Below, piece after piece: positions 24,148 to 38,000 of a DNA stretch of 64,000 nt. This DNA comes from Antedon mediterranea (taxonomy: Eukaryota > Animalia > Echinodermata). Under the pieces are notes generated by a model. The model had not been told where the DNA came from. It was given only the letters and a program-made list of their open reading frames with translations, and made no database searches. Each line of letters begins with the position of its first letter. The stretch's first letter is position 1. The stretch covers positions 20,841,045 to 20,905,044 of the forward strand of contig NC_092680.1 of NCBI RefSeq assembly GCF_964355755.1, in the 5' to 3' direction. Both the position numbers and the translations under genes were made by a program.

Positions 24148-26001
24148 TAGATTTAATCTTGTCCTGTGAAGTATGTCAGTTTGATGTTGTATGTTTGTAC
24201 AGTTCTTTTAACACATCACAAACATGGAATAGTTTTAATTAATTGAACTATCTTTCTGTTGAAACTAAATGTATTTAAGCAGTACGAGTTTTACATAAAT
24301 AGTATTTTAGTAACAGTTAGTATTTCTACATAATTTATAAATAACTATAGATAGTTTATTATAGAAATATTATTTCTTTATATATTTATGCATTTTTATA
24401 GATTCAGCTTAAACATTTATTTTTTTTTATAATAATTAAATGAACAACTAAATATTTTCAATTCTCTAGGATATAGCTTATTTATTTTAAAGTCCGCCCT
24501 CTATATCGTCACACAGTTGAGTTGTGTCTCGGTTTTAATTAGCGTTGAAAATAATTAAAAACTGCATATCTATCATCTGATAACATTGTAGTGTAAGTTA
24601 CAAAACATTGACGGCATATTCAAACAGTTATAGATTGCTTTGATATGTAATAGAAAATTGATGCTGAAAAACGTTTTTTCTTGATTTAAAATCGATGGAA
24701 TTTATTATGATTTGGTGGTGTTACAGTGTCTGTTTTAAATAGTAAGTATAATAAACGTTATCCAATTCATAGGATGGTTCTATTCAACTATACGCCATCT
24801 TCGGGTAATTAAACAATTTCTACAAAATATAGTATAACATTTTATCAATCATTGCCTCCTTTTTATGACTGTTATCGTTCAAAAGAATGAACAAAATTAA
24901 AAAGGGAAAACAATCTTTATCTCCTTAAGGATAAAAACCCAAATAAATAGTTAGTTAAATCATGTTAGTATTTTCTTATTGTTGATTAAATTAAATATTA
25001 TATACCAAATATTAGAAACTGAAAATGAAATTAAAATAGTTAACTTATTGCAAAAAAGGGACCAATATATATAAGTGGTATGACGTCATAATAGGGGAGT
25101 GGTAGCACAGAATATAGAATCTTTTTATCTTGATCTATATCATCATTGATACCATTACGTCATCATCCAGCATAACTTGATCATCGTCAAATCGATTTAC
25201 ATCATAACGACTATCCAGATATTATGATTGTCATATTACTGTATTATACTATAATTCATCCTAATTATCTTTACCATATTTTGCTTTACGTCATAATTAT
25301 CCTTTAAACCATTGTAAAAAAATACTCATAATTAAAATAATTTTCGCTTCGGGTTAATATTTGATAAAATACATATTTCATTAACCCGAGTTGTGTTTTC
25401 GTTTTCTGTGATATGAATATATGTTTTATTATTAATTCAATCAAAATAATGCTATTTCCGTCCGCATGTGAACGGGGACTTTTCCTATTTTCTAATTATT
25501 ACAGCTAATTGTTAAGCAGCTGTTGTCGTGTGAATGAGTCATTATAAAAACGTTTTACTAAAAATGTGCGAGATCATTATTATCACGTAACAAACGGTTC
25601 ATTTTATTAGCGCGAATGGGAGTGGTCACAGTGCACTTGGGCGAGAAAGGTGTTGATTGTAAAGCAGTTAGGCTAACAATATCCGACTAACATGCTGCAA
25701 GTGTGAACAATAAAATGAGTATTATCCGCCCATGAACTCTATCGACCAATGTTGAGTACGACGTCGCTCATATAGATGCTTGAGAAAATACCGTCCTTTC
25801 TTATTCAAATATCAAGCAACAACAATACGTGTTGAACAATCTACCAACAGACCATGTAAAGGATTTGTAATCGCTTAATAGGTGAATGCGACCGACAAAA
25901 ACCGTTAAGTTTCGAACGTATTAATTTTTCTTCTTAACCTCACAGCTGATTAAGATATTGTTGAAGAAACAGTCTAAAGAAGGGATGTTATTGTAGCTAC
26001 G

Positions 26002-29000
26002 ATGGCTGATGTGTATCAGTTTAGCCTAGCATTGCTGTTACTATGTGTGTTACCATCGGTCCAATCTCAAGGTAAGAACGCAGGTTGTAATATATGTACA
26101 TTAGTATTATGCCTTCAAATTGTAAGCACTTTAACAATAGCATCAGCTTAATAGACCTTGCTAATTCAATAGTAATGTACATTTCTAAAGTATGTTCTAA
26201 ATAAGTAATCGGTTAGCAAAATTTGAATTTTCTAAACCGTAACATCTGCAGGATAGAGCTAAATATCACGTGTTTGTGGACATATAAAAATAAATTTATA
26301 ATTTTGTTTAAAATGTGTATCATTATGACAATAGCCTGAGCTTTAATTAAACCTACTTTGGTATAAAGGTAGGCATATTTCCACATTTGGGAGTAAGATC
26401 TACTAAATGATTAATTTTGAATATGGAGGACACAGAATGTATACAAACTTAGAAGGATTAAACAAATCTTTCGTTTGAAGCCACATCTTAATGATACAGA
26501 TTAGACGTTTTGAGTTATACAACGGATCCGCCAAACCATAAAAGTGATCCCCTTTTTCGTTTCTACGTTGTAATTGCATTTATCACAGTATAATGTCTAT
26601 TTTATGAAACATTATCGCTACTTCATCATCATAGGCCTCCTGTCCACTGTACAGTAGATATTCTATTGTTAAAGGTTATATCCTGTATGTTTCATCGTGT
26701 TATTGTTGCACGACATTAATATTGTCAAATAGGAAAGGTTGCCAAAGAGATAACATAACGGATAAATGAAATCGAATTAAAATGTTTTTACACTGTGGCA
26801 CTTGTGTGGTATATTACATGCATGCATGCAGTTAATGGTTAATATATTAACACTCTGTCAATGTATATATGCCTAAAAGAGTAGGGCTAAAAAAAACCAA
26901 TGTTATTAGCAACGTCTGTAAAAAAACCTATATGGTAATAACATTATCATATACGAAAATGTCTTTTTCTATTTCAAGAACTTTATCATGGTTTCTTGTA
27001 AAATTGACTAAATGAATATTAGATGTATATTTTCAATTTTGAATCATATTTCGCCATTCGTGCTAAAGGAATCCAATTAAGTAATATAAGTGTCATGACA
27101 GTGTAATACGCCTGTTCAATATTTTCATTTATTAGCTTTCATAAACATCAATGCCTATCTTTATTAAAGATTGATTTGATAATCAGTCTAATATATGAAA
27201 ACCACCACTTACGGACCAATGGGTAATTGTGCTGTGTGGTATTATTATCTATTATTGCGCCTATTAAACAGTGTGCTACCTGTATTTTGATCTTTATTCT
27301 AATCGGCTTCATAACAGCCTTTTATTTTTAACCTTTTCCAATTTAAGGTATTTTCCCACGTTGATTCAATTCAATTATACCAGTTTGTCTAGCATTCACA
27401 CTGTGAAGTCTTTGTCGTAACTGCTTAACAAAAGCAATACAAGTAAACCCGCTCCTTTATTAATTAATACAATTTTACAGACTTTTGTAATGGTTCTCGA
27501 CTAAACCTATTCGAATTTTATCTGTCTAAAAAATGAAATAGGTCTACAATGTGTGTCGTCATTTTCTACGTTCACAATGAGCCAGGATATTATCGGAATC
27601 GAATCGGAATTCGGGCTGAGTGTGAACGGAGCGTTAATCAGCGTCGAACAGTGTGTGCCTGTGTGTGAACTGCTATATGTATTTTCTATGTAGGCTACTC
27701 CACTACCGTAATAAAGACAATAACAATAGCCAGGATTAAAAGATCATCTACTACCATCCATTGCATAAAATAATAATTTATGATTATTATCATTATTATT
27801 AGTCAGCGTTTGAGGAATCCACTTGAATTATTATTCAGGTCCTAAACCATCAAGCCAGTTACTAATCACTCTGAATAAACCATCAAGCCAGTTACTAATC
27901 ACTCTGAATAAACCATCAAGCCAGTTACTAATCACTCTGAATAAACCATCAAGCCAGTTACTAATCACTCTGAATAAACCATCAAGCTAGTTACTAATCA
28001 CTCTGAATAAACCATCAAGCCAGTTACTAAGCACTCTGAATAAACCATCAAGCCAGTTACTAATCACTCTGAATAAACCATCAAGCTAGTTACTAATCAC
28101 TCTGAATAAACCATCAAGCCAGTTACTAAGCACTCTGAATAAACCATCAAGCCAGTTACTAATCACTCTGAATAAACCATCAAGCCAGTTACTAATCACT
28201 CTGAATAAACCATCAAGCCAGTTACTAATCACTCTGAATAAACCATCAAGCCAGTTACTAATCACTCTGAATAAACCATCAAGCCAGTTACTAATCACTC
28301 TGAATAAACCATCAAGCCAGTTACTAATCACTCTGAATAAACCATCAAGCCAGTTACTAATCACTCTGAATAAACCATCAAGCCAGTTACTAATCACTCT
28401 GAATAAACCATCAAGCCAGTTACTAATCACTCTGAATAAACCATCAAGCCAGTTACTAATCACTCTGAATAAACCATCAAGCCAGTTACTAATCACTCTG
28501 AATAAACCATCAAGCCAGTTACTAATCACTCTGAATAAACCATCAAGCCAGTTACTAATCACTCTGAATAAACCATCAAGCCAGTTACTAATCACTCTGA
28601 ATAAACCATCAAGCCAGTTACTAATCACTCTGAATAAACCATCAAGCCAGTTACTAATCACTCTGAATAAACCATCAAGCCAGTTACTAATCACTCTGAA
28701 TAAACCATCAAGCCAGTTACTAATCACTCTGAATAAACCATCAAGCCAGTTACTAATCACTCTGAATAAACCATCAAGCCAGTTACTAATCACTCTGAAT
28801 AAACCATCAAGCCAGTTACTAATCACTCTGAATAAACCATCAAGCCAGTTACTAATCACTCTGAATAAACCATCAAGCTAGTTACTAATCACTCTGAATA
28901 AACCATCAAGCCAGTTACTAATCACTCTGAATAAACCATCAAGCCAGTTACTAATCACTCTGAATAAACCATCAAGCCAGTTACTAATCACTCTGAATAA

Positions 29001-32000
29001 ACCATCAAGCCAGTTACTAATCACTCTGAATAAACCATCAAGCCAGTTACTAATCACTCTGAATAAACCATCAAGCCAGTTACTAATCACTCTGAATAAA
29101 CCATCAAGCCAGTTACTAATCACTCTGAATAAACCATCAAGCCAGTTACTAATCACTCTGAATAAACCATCAAGCCAGTTACTAATCACTCTGAATAAAC
29201 CATCAAGCCAGTTACTAATCACTCTGAATAAACCATCAAGCCAGTTACTAATCACTCTGAATAAACCATCAAGCCAGTTACTAATCACTCTGAATAAACC
29301 ATCAAGCCAGTTACTAATCACTCTGAATAAACCATCAAGCCAGTTACTAATCACTCTGAATAAACCATCAAGCCAGTTACTAATCACTCTGAATAAACCA
29401 TCAAGCCAGTTACTAATCACTCTGAATAAACCATCAAGCCAGTTACTAATCACTCTGAATAAACCATCAAGCCAGTTACTAATCACTCTGAATAAACCAT
29501 CAAGCCAGTTACTAATCACTCTGAATAAACCATCAAGCCAGTTACTAATCACTCTGAATAAACCATCAAGCCAGTTACTAATCACTCTGAATAAACCATC
29601 AAGCCAGTTACTAATCACTCTGAATAAACCATCAAGCCAGTTACTAAGCACTCTGAATAAACCATCAAGCCAGTTACTAAGCACTCTGAATAAACCATCA
29701 AGCCAGTTACTAATCACTCTGAATAAACCATCAAGCCAGTTACTAATCACTCTGAATAAACCATCAAGCCAGTTACTAATCACTCTGAATAAACCATCAA
29801 GCCAGTTACTAAGCACTCTGAATAAACCATCAAGCCAGTTACTAATCACTCTGAATAAACCATCAAGCCAGTTACTAATCACTCTGAATTAATACGAGAG
29901 CTCTTGGGTATTGGCTGGAATAATTGGTATTTATCTACTATTCATTCGTAAATGGTAAACAATAGCGTTGCGATGGTTACGACGACCAGTATATTTGAAT
30001 TATGCTTTTATCCTTATGCTCATTGGAGCAATCAACAAGTGTATCTATTATTATAAAATACTAAAATAATAAAAATATTGCTATTAAAAATTCAAAACCG
30101 ATAATATTTATAATATTGCTGATTTTGACACAACTTAACACGAGCATATTGATTCCAATAAAAAAAAAATTGCCATGCAAATTAGGTTCCTTAATCAATG
30201 TCATTATTTTACGGCGTAAGTAGGTTTCTATGATTACCATGACAATAATAATACTGTAATAACAAAATGTCTCTTCTATCTGCTAAAGATTGGTTTTGTT
30301 TTTAAAATGACGTATGTTGATTTTTTATCAGAGTACACAACAGTCAGAAAATACAATTTAACAACCATATTGGTTCCAGTATAATTGAGAATTGTTGTAT
30401 TCCTCCACTACGTTATTTTTTGTACAGTGTATAATTATAGTACATGCAAATTTGAAATGATTTCATAAAAAATATCGACAGAATGCAAATTGCGCAGCTT
30501 ACTTGAAATATGGCAGTGTTGCTAAGATACATACCTATATAGCTATACTACTATAACTAATTAAAATGCGTCCCAGTGCATTGTTATATTCACATTGTTC
30601 TGTATTTGACAGTTAATTACCTGTAGGGCTAGTACATCATTATTCTCATGATTCATTAGCAAAATGTCAAATTATTAAACATTGTCATTAGTACTGTATG
30701 TATTGTATACTGTCAATGGTGGAATGGAGGAATGCATATCGGTGGCCAGGGGTGCATTATGTAGGCCTATAGAAAAACGGAACTATCCACTTTGTCTAGT
30801 ATTCACACTATGAAGTCTTTGTTGTAACTGCGTGTTACTGTATGTATTCTGTCAATGGTGGATCAAGGAATGTCATATCGGTGGCCAGGGGTGCATTATG
30901 TAGGCCTATAGAAAAACGGAACTATCCACTTTGTCTAGTATTCACACTATGAAGTCTTTGTTGTAACTGCGTGTTACTGTATGTATTCTGTCAATGGTGG
31001 ATCAAGGAATGTCATATCGGTGGCCAGGGGTGCATTATGTAGGCCTATAGAAAAACGGAACTATCCACTTTGTCTAGTATTCACACTATGAAGTCTTTGT
31101 TGTAACTGCGTGTTACTGTATGTATTCTGTCAATGGTGGATCAAGGAATGCATATCGGTGGCCAGGGGTGCATTATGTAGGCCTATAGAAAAACGGAACT
31201 ATCCACTTTGTCTAGTATTCACACTATGAAGTCTTTGTTGTAACTGTGTGTTACTGTATGTATACTGTCAATGGTGGATCAAGAAATGTCATATCGGTGG
31301 CCAGGGGTGCATTATGTAGGCCTATAGAAAAACGGAACTATCCACTTTGTCTAGTATTCACACTATGGATTCTTTGTACTGCGTGACAAAAGCACTTCAA
31401 TATACAAGTAACCCTGATCCTTTATTAATATACAATTTTACAGACTTTTGTAATGATCCCAGACTAAACGTATTCGTATTTTATCAGTTAGAGGTACTGT
31501 CTAAAAAAAATGAAATATGTCTATGTAAAAACGGATATGAGGGGTTAAACCAGATCAGATTCAAATTATGAGGCGGAGCATATTGTTTTCCTCTGATATC
31601 ACTGTGTGTAGTCTTACGTAAATTCGGCATTTGAATTAGTATAGATTATTTTGATTTATATCAACACATGTAAAAATAGTATTAAATCAGAGAAATATCC
31701 GGAATCCACGTAAACAATAGAAAATGTAAATCCTTCTTAAGAATTCGATAACATATCAAGTCTTTCTAAAAAATACATTAAAATCTCCAATTCAAATTGA
31801 CACTCAAGCACGTTTTGATGATATACTTGTTATTAATGATGACGTTAAAATAGTAATCTTCCGGAAATAATATAATATATACTGTAAAAAATAAACCATA
31901 ACATCAACAATTACTTTAAAATAATTAAGATAATGAATGATGTTTACACTATGTTTATTTATTAGTAGTCTGTGAAAAGCATTTTTTTAAATATTAAATG

Positions 32001-35000
32001 CTCAATTCAGAAATCTACCATTACGTCATACATAATTTCAAATAGAAACACATAACAAAAATATAATTATATACTATTGTATTTTTATCCCCTTAATAAC
32101 ATTAATAAAACATTACATATTAAAACATGTACTTACGGTACAGCATATAGATGAATATTGATAAGGGAAATCCTCATAAATTATATTTGCAGTATATAGA
32201 CAGATAGAGCCATCGTGAACTGGTACTATTGTAAACAAATTGTTATAAATTATTGTTTTCCGTTTCAGTGTGATATGTCGAGAATAGTAATTCATATTTT
32301 ACTGTTTATTAAACATGGGATTTTTTTTTATATTAAAAAAAACATATCGTAATATTTGAGGCCAAGGATTCGTTATCACCTTCCAATACTTCTCAACTAT
32401 TGTTTTCCGTTTCATTGTGAAGTGTCGAGAATGTAAACCCTTATTTTTTTAACTGTTTATTTAAACATATGATTTTTTTTCATAATCGCAATAAAGTTTG
32501 AGGCCAAGGCCTTGTCTATTACCATCTTCAATATATATCATCCTATTGTGATTAAATTGAATGTGATAATCATCATCAATTACAAAATATATAAATAAGT
32601 ATTTTTGGCATCAAATTCATTTTATCCTAATGACATTCACTTTGCTATCTTTAAAGCTCTGTCAACACTACTAATTTGTTGATGATTGATTTACCCAAAT
32701 ATGGTAGTGATATGCTCAAATATGGTAGTGATATGACATCATCATGTCCATATATGAGCACATCACATTTTTTGTCACATAAAGTTTGATAGTTAGACAG
32801 AGCTTTAATGAAATTTGAAGTTGAATTATATTGTCCTTGTCTTTAGATAGTTAAACATGTGTATTTTGCTAATATATGAATCTACTGTATTGTAGTATTA
32901 GGACGTTGATGGCCGCTAAATTCAGTACTACGGAAAGGTTTAATTGTGACATACCAGTCGCAACTTCAGCACATCCGGGTGAATTACCAGATAATGAATA
33001 CATAACATTTTTTATTCTAGAGTCTAAATCTTAAGTGAATTTGCTTACGTCACATCCTACTATAAGGCCTCGTGGAATACGGTACTTTACATTAATTCAC
33101 TCGCCGTTTCCATATCAACGACTCTTCCAAATGTTTAACTGGATGACGTAACTAATGTTCTATTAATTAAATAATTAGATGACGGTGATGTTGATAGCAT
33201 TATTACTTGATTTTTAAATTAATTTAGATTTTTTAAATAATTTAATCGTGGTATTCACATTAACGATAGTAATGAGGAAGAAGATGCCGATAAAGACAAA
33301 TAATTGAATAAAACTGCATTTATGATAAATAAGGATATTGCTACTGATTTCATGTAATTTATACATTAATCATCCAAATGTGGTGTTATTTTTGTGTACG
33401 AAATATATACGTGGTGTCTTAACGAATACCTTACAACATGTACGTGTAGTCATCAACACAAATTCAAAATACGATATTGTGTTTATCTATACATATTTAT
33501 CTACAATAACTACTGTACAGTAACAATCATGATTACTTTCAAAATGACTGGCATCTTAAAATGAATTCTAAACAAACATTGTAAACTGTAAATATTGTTT
33601 CTAAGTATGCCTAACGTATTTTTAATGAAATGTAGGAAACGGTTAATTATACTTTGACGCAACAATGTCGTTTCTTGTTTACGAATGTGTACCCAAGGAA
33701 ATTACGTAATTGTTTTTATTGAAAATATAGCGTAAGGTCTAACAACTTATGTTTGTTTTCAATGTCATCGTTTAATAGCAATTTGTATTAATTAGCAATT
33801 GGTTTGACCTCAGGAACTACCCACCCTTATTGTTAATAGCTATCCTTTAATTTTAAAGGTCGTCGTTTGAGTACACATAATGATTTGACAAATCAAGTTA
33901 TTAGTTGAAATTAAGTAATGTTTGTGGTTAACTATGTAAATGACGTGTTTGATTTGAAGGTGATAAAATGAGAATAAACATACAAATAGGCCTATAAAGG
34001 CAACAACAATTCATGTACATGAAGTTCGACTTAGAAACTGCGCGTTGCATGAACTTTACAACTAATTAAAGATGTATTTTCCCCCTGAAAAAATAATTCA
34101 AAACATTTTTTGTTGAATATGCCATTTTAATGTAGCCTAATAGTTATCCACTTTGACCAAAAAATTAGATCGAAAACAAAATGTATTTACCTAAAAAACT
34201 GTAATTTAAAGCAAATAAATATTAAAATTGGCTGCCAGCCAGTGGGTTTTTGGTTGAAGTTAAACATTTATTTTGAAGTTATAAGTTTCCGTTTTTTTTT
34301 CTACGGATGTGTTTAACTTGATTAAAACTACAAAATAATCTATTCAAAGTCTGATTGTACTGTATTAATCTTTATTTTTCATGTTTTTGGGGGACAATAC
34401 ATATTTAACGTATTGAATAATCGAATTAAAAATATTTATAAATAGTAAACATATTATTTCATAACCAGGTACAGCAGAAAATCTCTTTTAAGAAATCTGA
34501 TTTTGTCGTCTCGCAAGTATAGTCCTATGACATGCCTAATTATTCATATGCTTCATTTTCATTCATCATTACCTAGCATCTAATCTCCTAGGATGTACTT
34601 TTAAAATGTAAGATTTCTAACTAGAGATTAGTTTACTATACTACTACTTTAATAATATTATAATGTAATATTAATTTTATCTTGTGTATACAGGTAACTA
34701 TAAATTATTGGGATGTTTTTGGGACGATCAAATACGAGCTTTGCCTGATCTGACATCATGCGCACCACCTTGTTTCACCGTCTGTTCAGCAGGCACGCCT
34801 TATTGCCAGACTGGTAGCATGACTGTTGACTTTTGCACAGATCTGTGTAGATCTAAACAGCACCAATATGCTGGTTTGCAGGCTGGAAACCAGTGTTTCT
34901 GTGGCACGTCAGGAGCAAGTTTTAGCCAATACGGTGAACATACATGCTCGATTTCTTGTGTAGGTAACAGCTCACAGATATGCGGAGATGTCTACAGAAA

Positions 35001-38000
35001 TTCGGTGTATGACAGTAAGTTTATGCATTTGCTTTTTGGGGGGAAACTGTTTTTGTTTTGTTTATTATTCCCTATTCTATTGTATGTATTTTGATTTTCA
35101 ATTGTATGTAGTTAAGTTCTTCTAGGGCCCCATACAATTCCTGTTGTGGCCCGGGTGACTCTGTTGCTTTTGGGGTCACAGGACATGATGTTGAACAAAT
35201 AAATGAAATGATATTCAAAGTCACTCGTTTCAATTTTATTTGGGCAAAAACACATGGACTTGCAATGTGCTTGTCACATTAGGCCCAACAATATAAAAAC
35301 ACAATAACAATATCTACCATTATTTCTCCATTGACTACATTCACCATATCCATTTCTACAATGATCTTCCTCTATCTATCCGCAATTCATTATCCTTTTC
35401 CTCAGTCAAAACTAGACGACTTATGATTTTTCTCCAAACTGTGTAATCCCTTTCCAGACTTTAAATTGTAAAATATTAGATAATTATTTATATTTATTAT
35501 TTTTGTTTAATTTAACATATCAGTTATTTTCTATATTCCATTTTTTTTAATTTAGATTTTTAATTCTAATGTAATTTATTTTATTTATAGGCTTTTATTT
35601 TGTGTATTGTATCTGTTCTGAAGGACCCAAATAATTATCAGCAATTGCTGGATGGATCACCCTCATTAAATATGGTTCAAATAAATAAATCTATCCATCG
35701 ACCTAGTATTTATTCATTTACTACGTTCACTCCTTTCTTAACTCCATCTGCCTTCATTTGTATTACCGGGCTATGGTGGTAATTATCTGAACTTGAATGC
35801 AGATTAACAAAAGGGTTAGAATTTTCACAGCATATCAAGTGCCATATGAAATATTATTTGAAGCCTGGTCATTCACTTACTAATTAGTAATATACAGCCT
35901 TTTATCGCCACCACGTCCTTGTTTCTATGCGACATTTAGAAGGTTATAAGGATAACTCTATGTAATGTATAATTGTGGTTTTTTTTAAATAATGTAAATG
36001 ATATTAACATTAAAAGGTACTTCCGAGTTAAATAATTATATTATTTGTTATAAAATGTAAACCTTGGCAACAAAATTGGCAATAAACCCAATTATTTTAC
36101 CCTGAACTACAGGACTTTTCTGTAATTTTATAGGATTATTCACTGTAAAATTGAAAATTATGTACTGTAAATTTAAGGGTCTTTTTTCCAAGAAATAGTT
36201 TCAAATTTTAGGTTTTGTAAGTTTATAAGTCATGTAAAACCAGTGAATCCCAATATTACAGCAATATACTGGACAAGTATTTATTACAATCATTTTAAAA
36301 GAATGAGTCTTGTTCATGATGCTCATTCTGTTTTTCTGCTGACATGATGTTGCAAGAAACCTGTACCCGGAGCGACTCTTTAAACATAACAGTTGGTACC
36401 GGGCATAGCTTATCGAAAGAATAAAGTCTCACTAGACACAGTACTGTAGAAACATTCCTTGTATTACCACAGTCGAAATAATTAAATGTTTAATCAACTG
36501 AATATCAAACTCGTTACAAAAAACAAACTCCGAAAGTTGTGACGTAACATATATAAATATGCACCCTCGACCTGGGGGACAATATTTTCTTTGAAAACAT
36601 GCCGCCTTTTACCCTTTTCCAATACCTGTATTTGTTCTGTATATATACTGTTATAATAATATTTCAGAGTGCTATTCAACCTGGGAAAATCGATTTCACA
36701 GACTGAATTCCGCCTTTGAATAAAACCGCAACATTTTCCATTATCTATATTTCACGTTTTCTGCTGGCAGAAAACACCAATTTCAAAACGATTTCCAATA
36801 CAAGACGTCTTGTATAATTGCATTGCTACCCTTAGGCCTATTGTATACAATTGTAAAACGACTTCCTGACAATAAAAAATAAATTTTATTGAATTAACTT
36901 TGTAAGATATAATACTAGTCAATATGACCCTGATTTGCATAACTATAACATCTAAATTTGAATACGTTGTAATTTTAGAATTAATAAAGGATAATTATTA
37001 TTACTTCCCCGCGTACGTGTGTAAAGAAATTAACAATACCAATACATTTTATTGTTGATTAAATTAGTTCTTGGTATTTGAAATCGGCCTATAGGCCTAA
37101 CTATCTTATTCACATTCTTTTTACAAAAACACTTACAATTACCTGATATAATCCTCAAAATGTCTTTATTATTAAGAATAATTTGTAACATTCATTTTAT
37201 AGCTTTATACCAAGCACCAACTTGTCCACAGCCAGGTACTGTTGTAAATGGAAGGATATTAACTGTTGAAAAATTAGAATATTTTGAAGGCGATTCAATT
37301 TCATATATTTGCGATGACACGGCTTTCTTGCTTGGGGAACCAAACAGAACATGTTTGTCTTCGGGGCAATGGAACGTTCCTCCTCCAGAGTGCCGAGCGG
37401 TGTGTAACGAACCCATTGTGGGAATGGACAGTAATCGAGGAGCTCCAGCGCCAATTGAAAAGTATGTTAGTAGCGTCAATATTGCTGGTGAACGGTACGC
37501 ATTATCGTGTTTGGTCGGGTACACTAGCTTGAGTGACGTCCTTCTTGCCACTTGTCAGGCTGATGGTACTTGGGGCTATAATTCATCAGACACAATATGT
37601 GAAGGTATGTAAACACAATTGACATTTAATGTTAAGTATGAAACAAAATGAATGTCTTTACTAACACAGTATATTCATAATTTATCGTGTCAACAATTCA
37701 AGGTATGTTGAATTTGTGATGTAAGCTTGTTTAAAAACACTATAATTCAATGGAGGCATATCTATCAATTTGTTTATGCATTCGCTAAAAAAATGAAAAG
37801 GAACGATTTTACAACTTTTCAATGAGGAATATATGGCAAATAGGTGCCACATTTCTAATCAGCTTTTTCTATAATACTATTTATTATTATTTTTCTTTTT
37901 CTTTTCTTTTTCTTTGCAGTCGTGGTTTGTCCCACTCCTACACCACAGGAGGGTGTACAAATAAGTGTCAATTCTTACTCGTATCTTAGTATACTTACGT

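Noticed and set aside
28086-29882. Long minus-strand ORFs (257 and 334 aa) of ISNWLDGLFRV repeats
   Set aside because: By-product of a 33-bp minisatellite: no ATG, no splice context and no silent-site variation.
27843-29889. CRISPR-like appearance of the ~33-bp repeats (also the 55.7-58.9 kb array)
   Set aside because: No unique spacers, no cas genes, and the context is eukaryotic.
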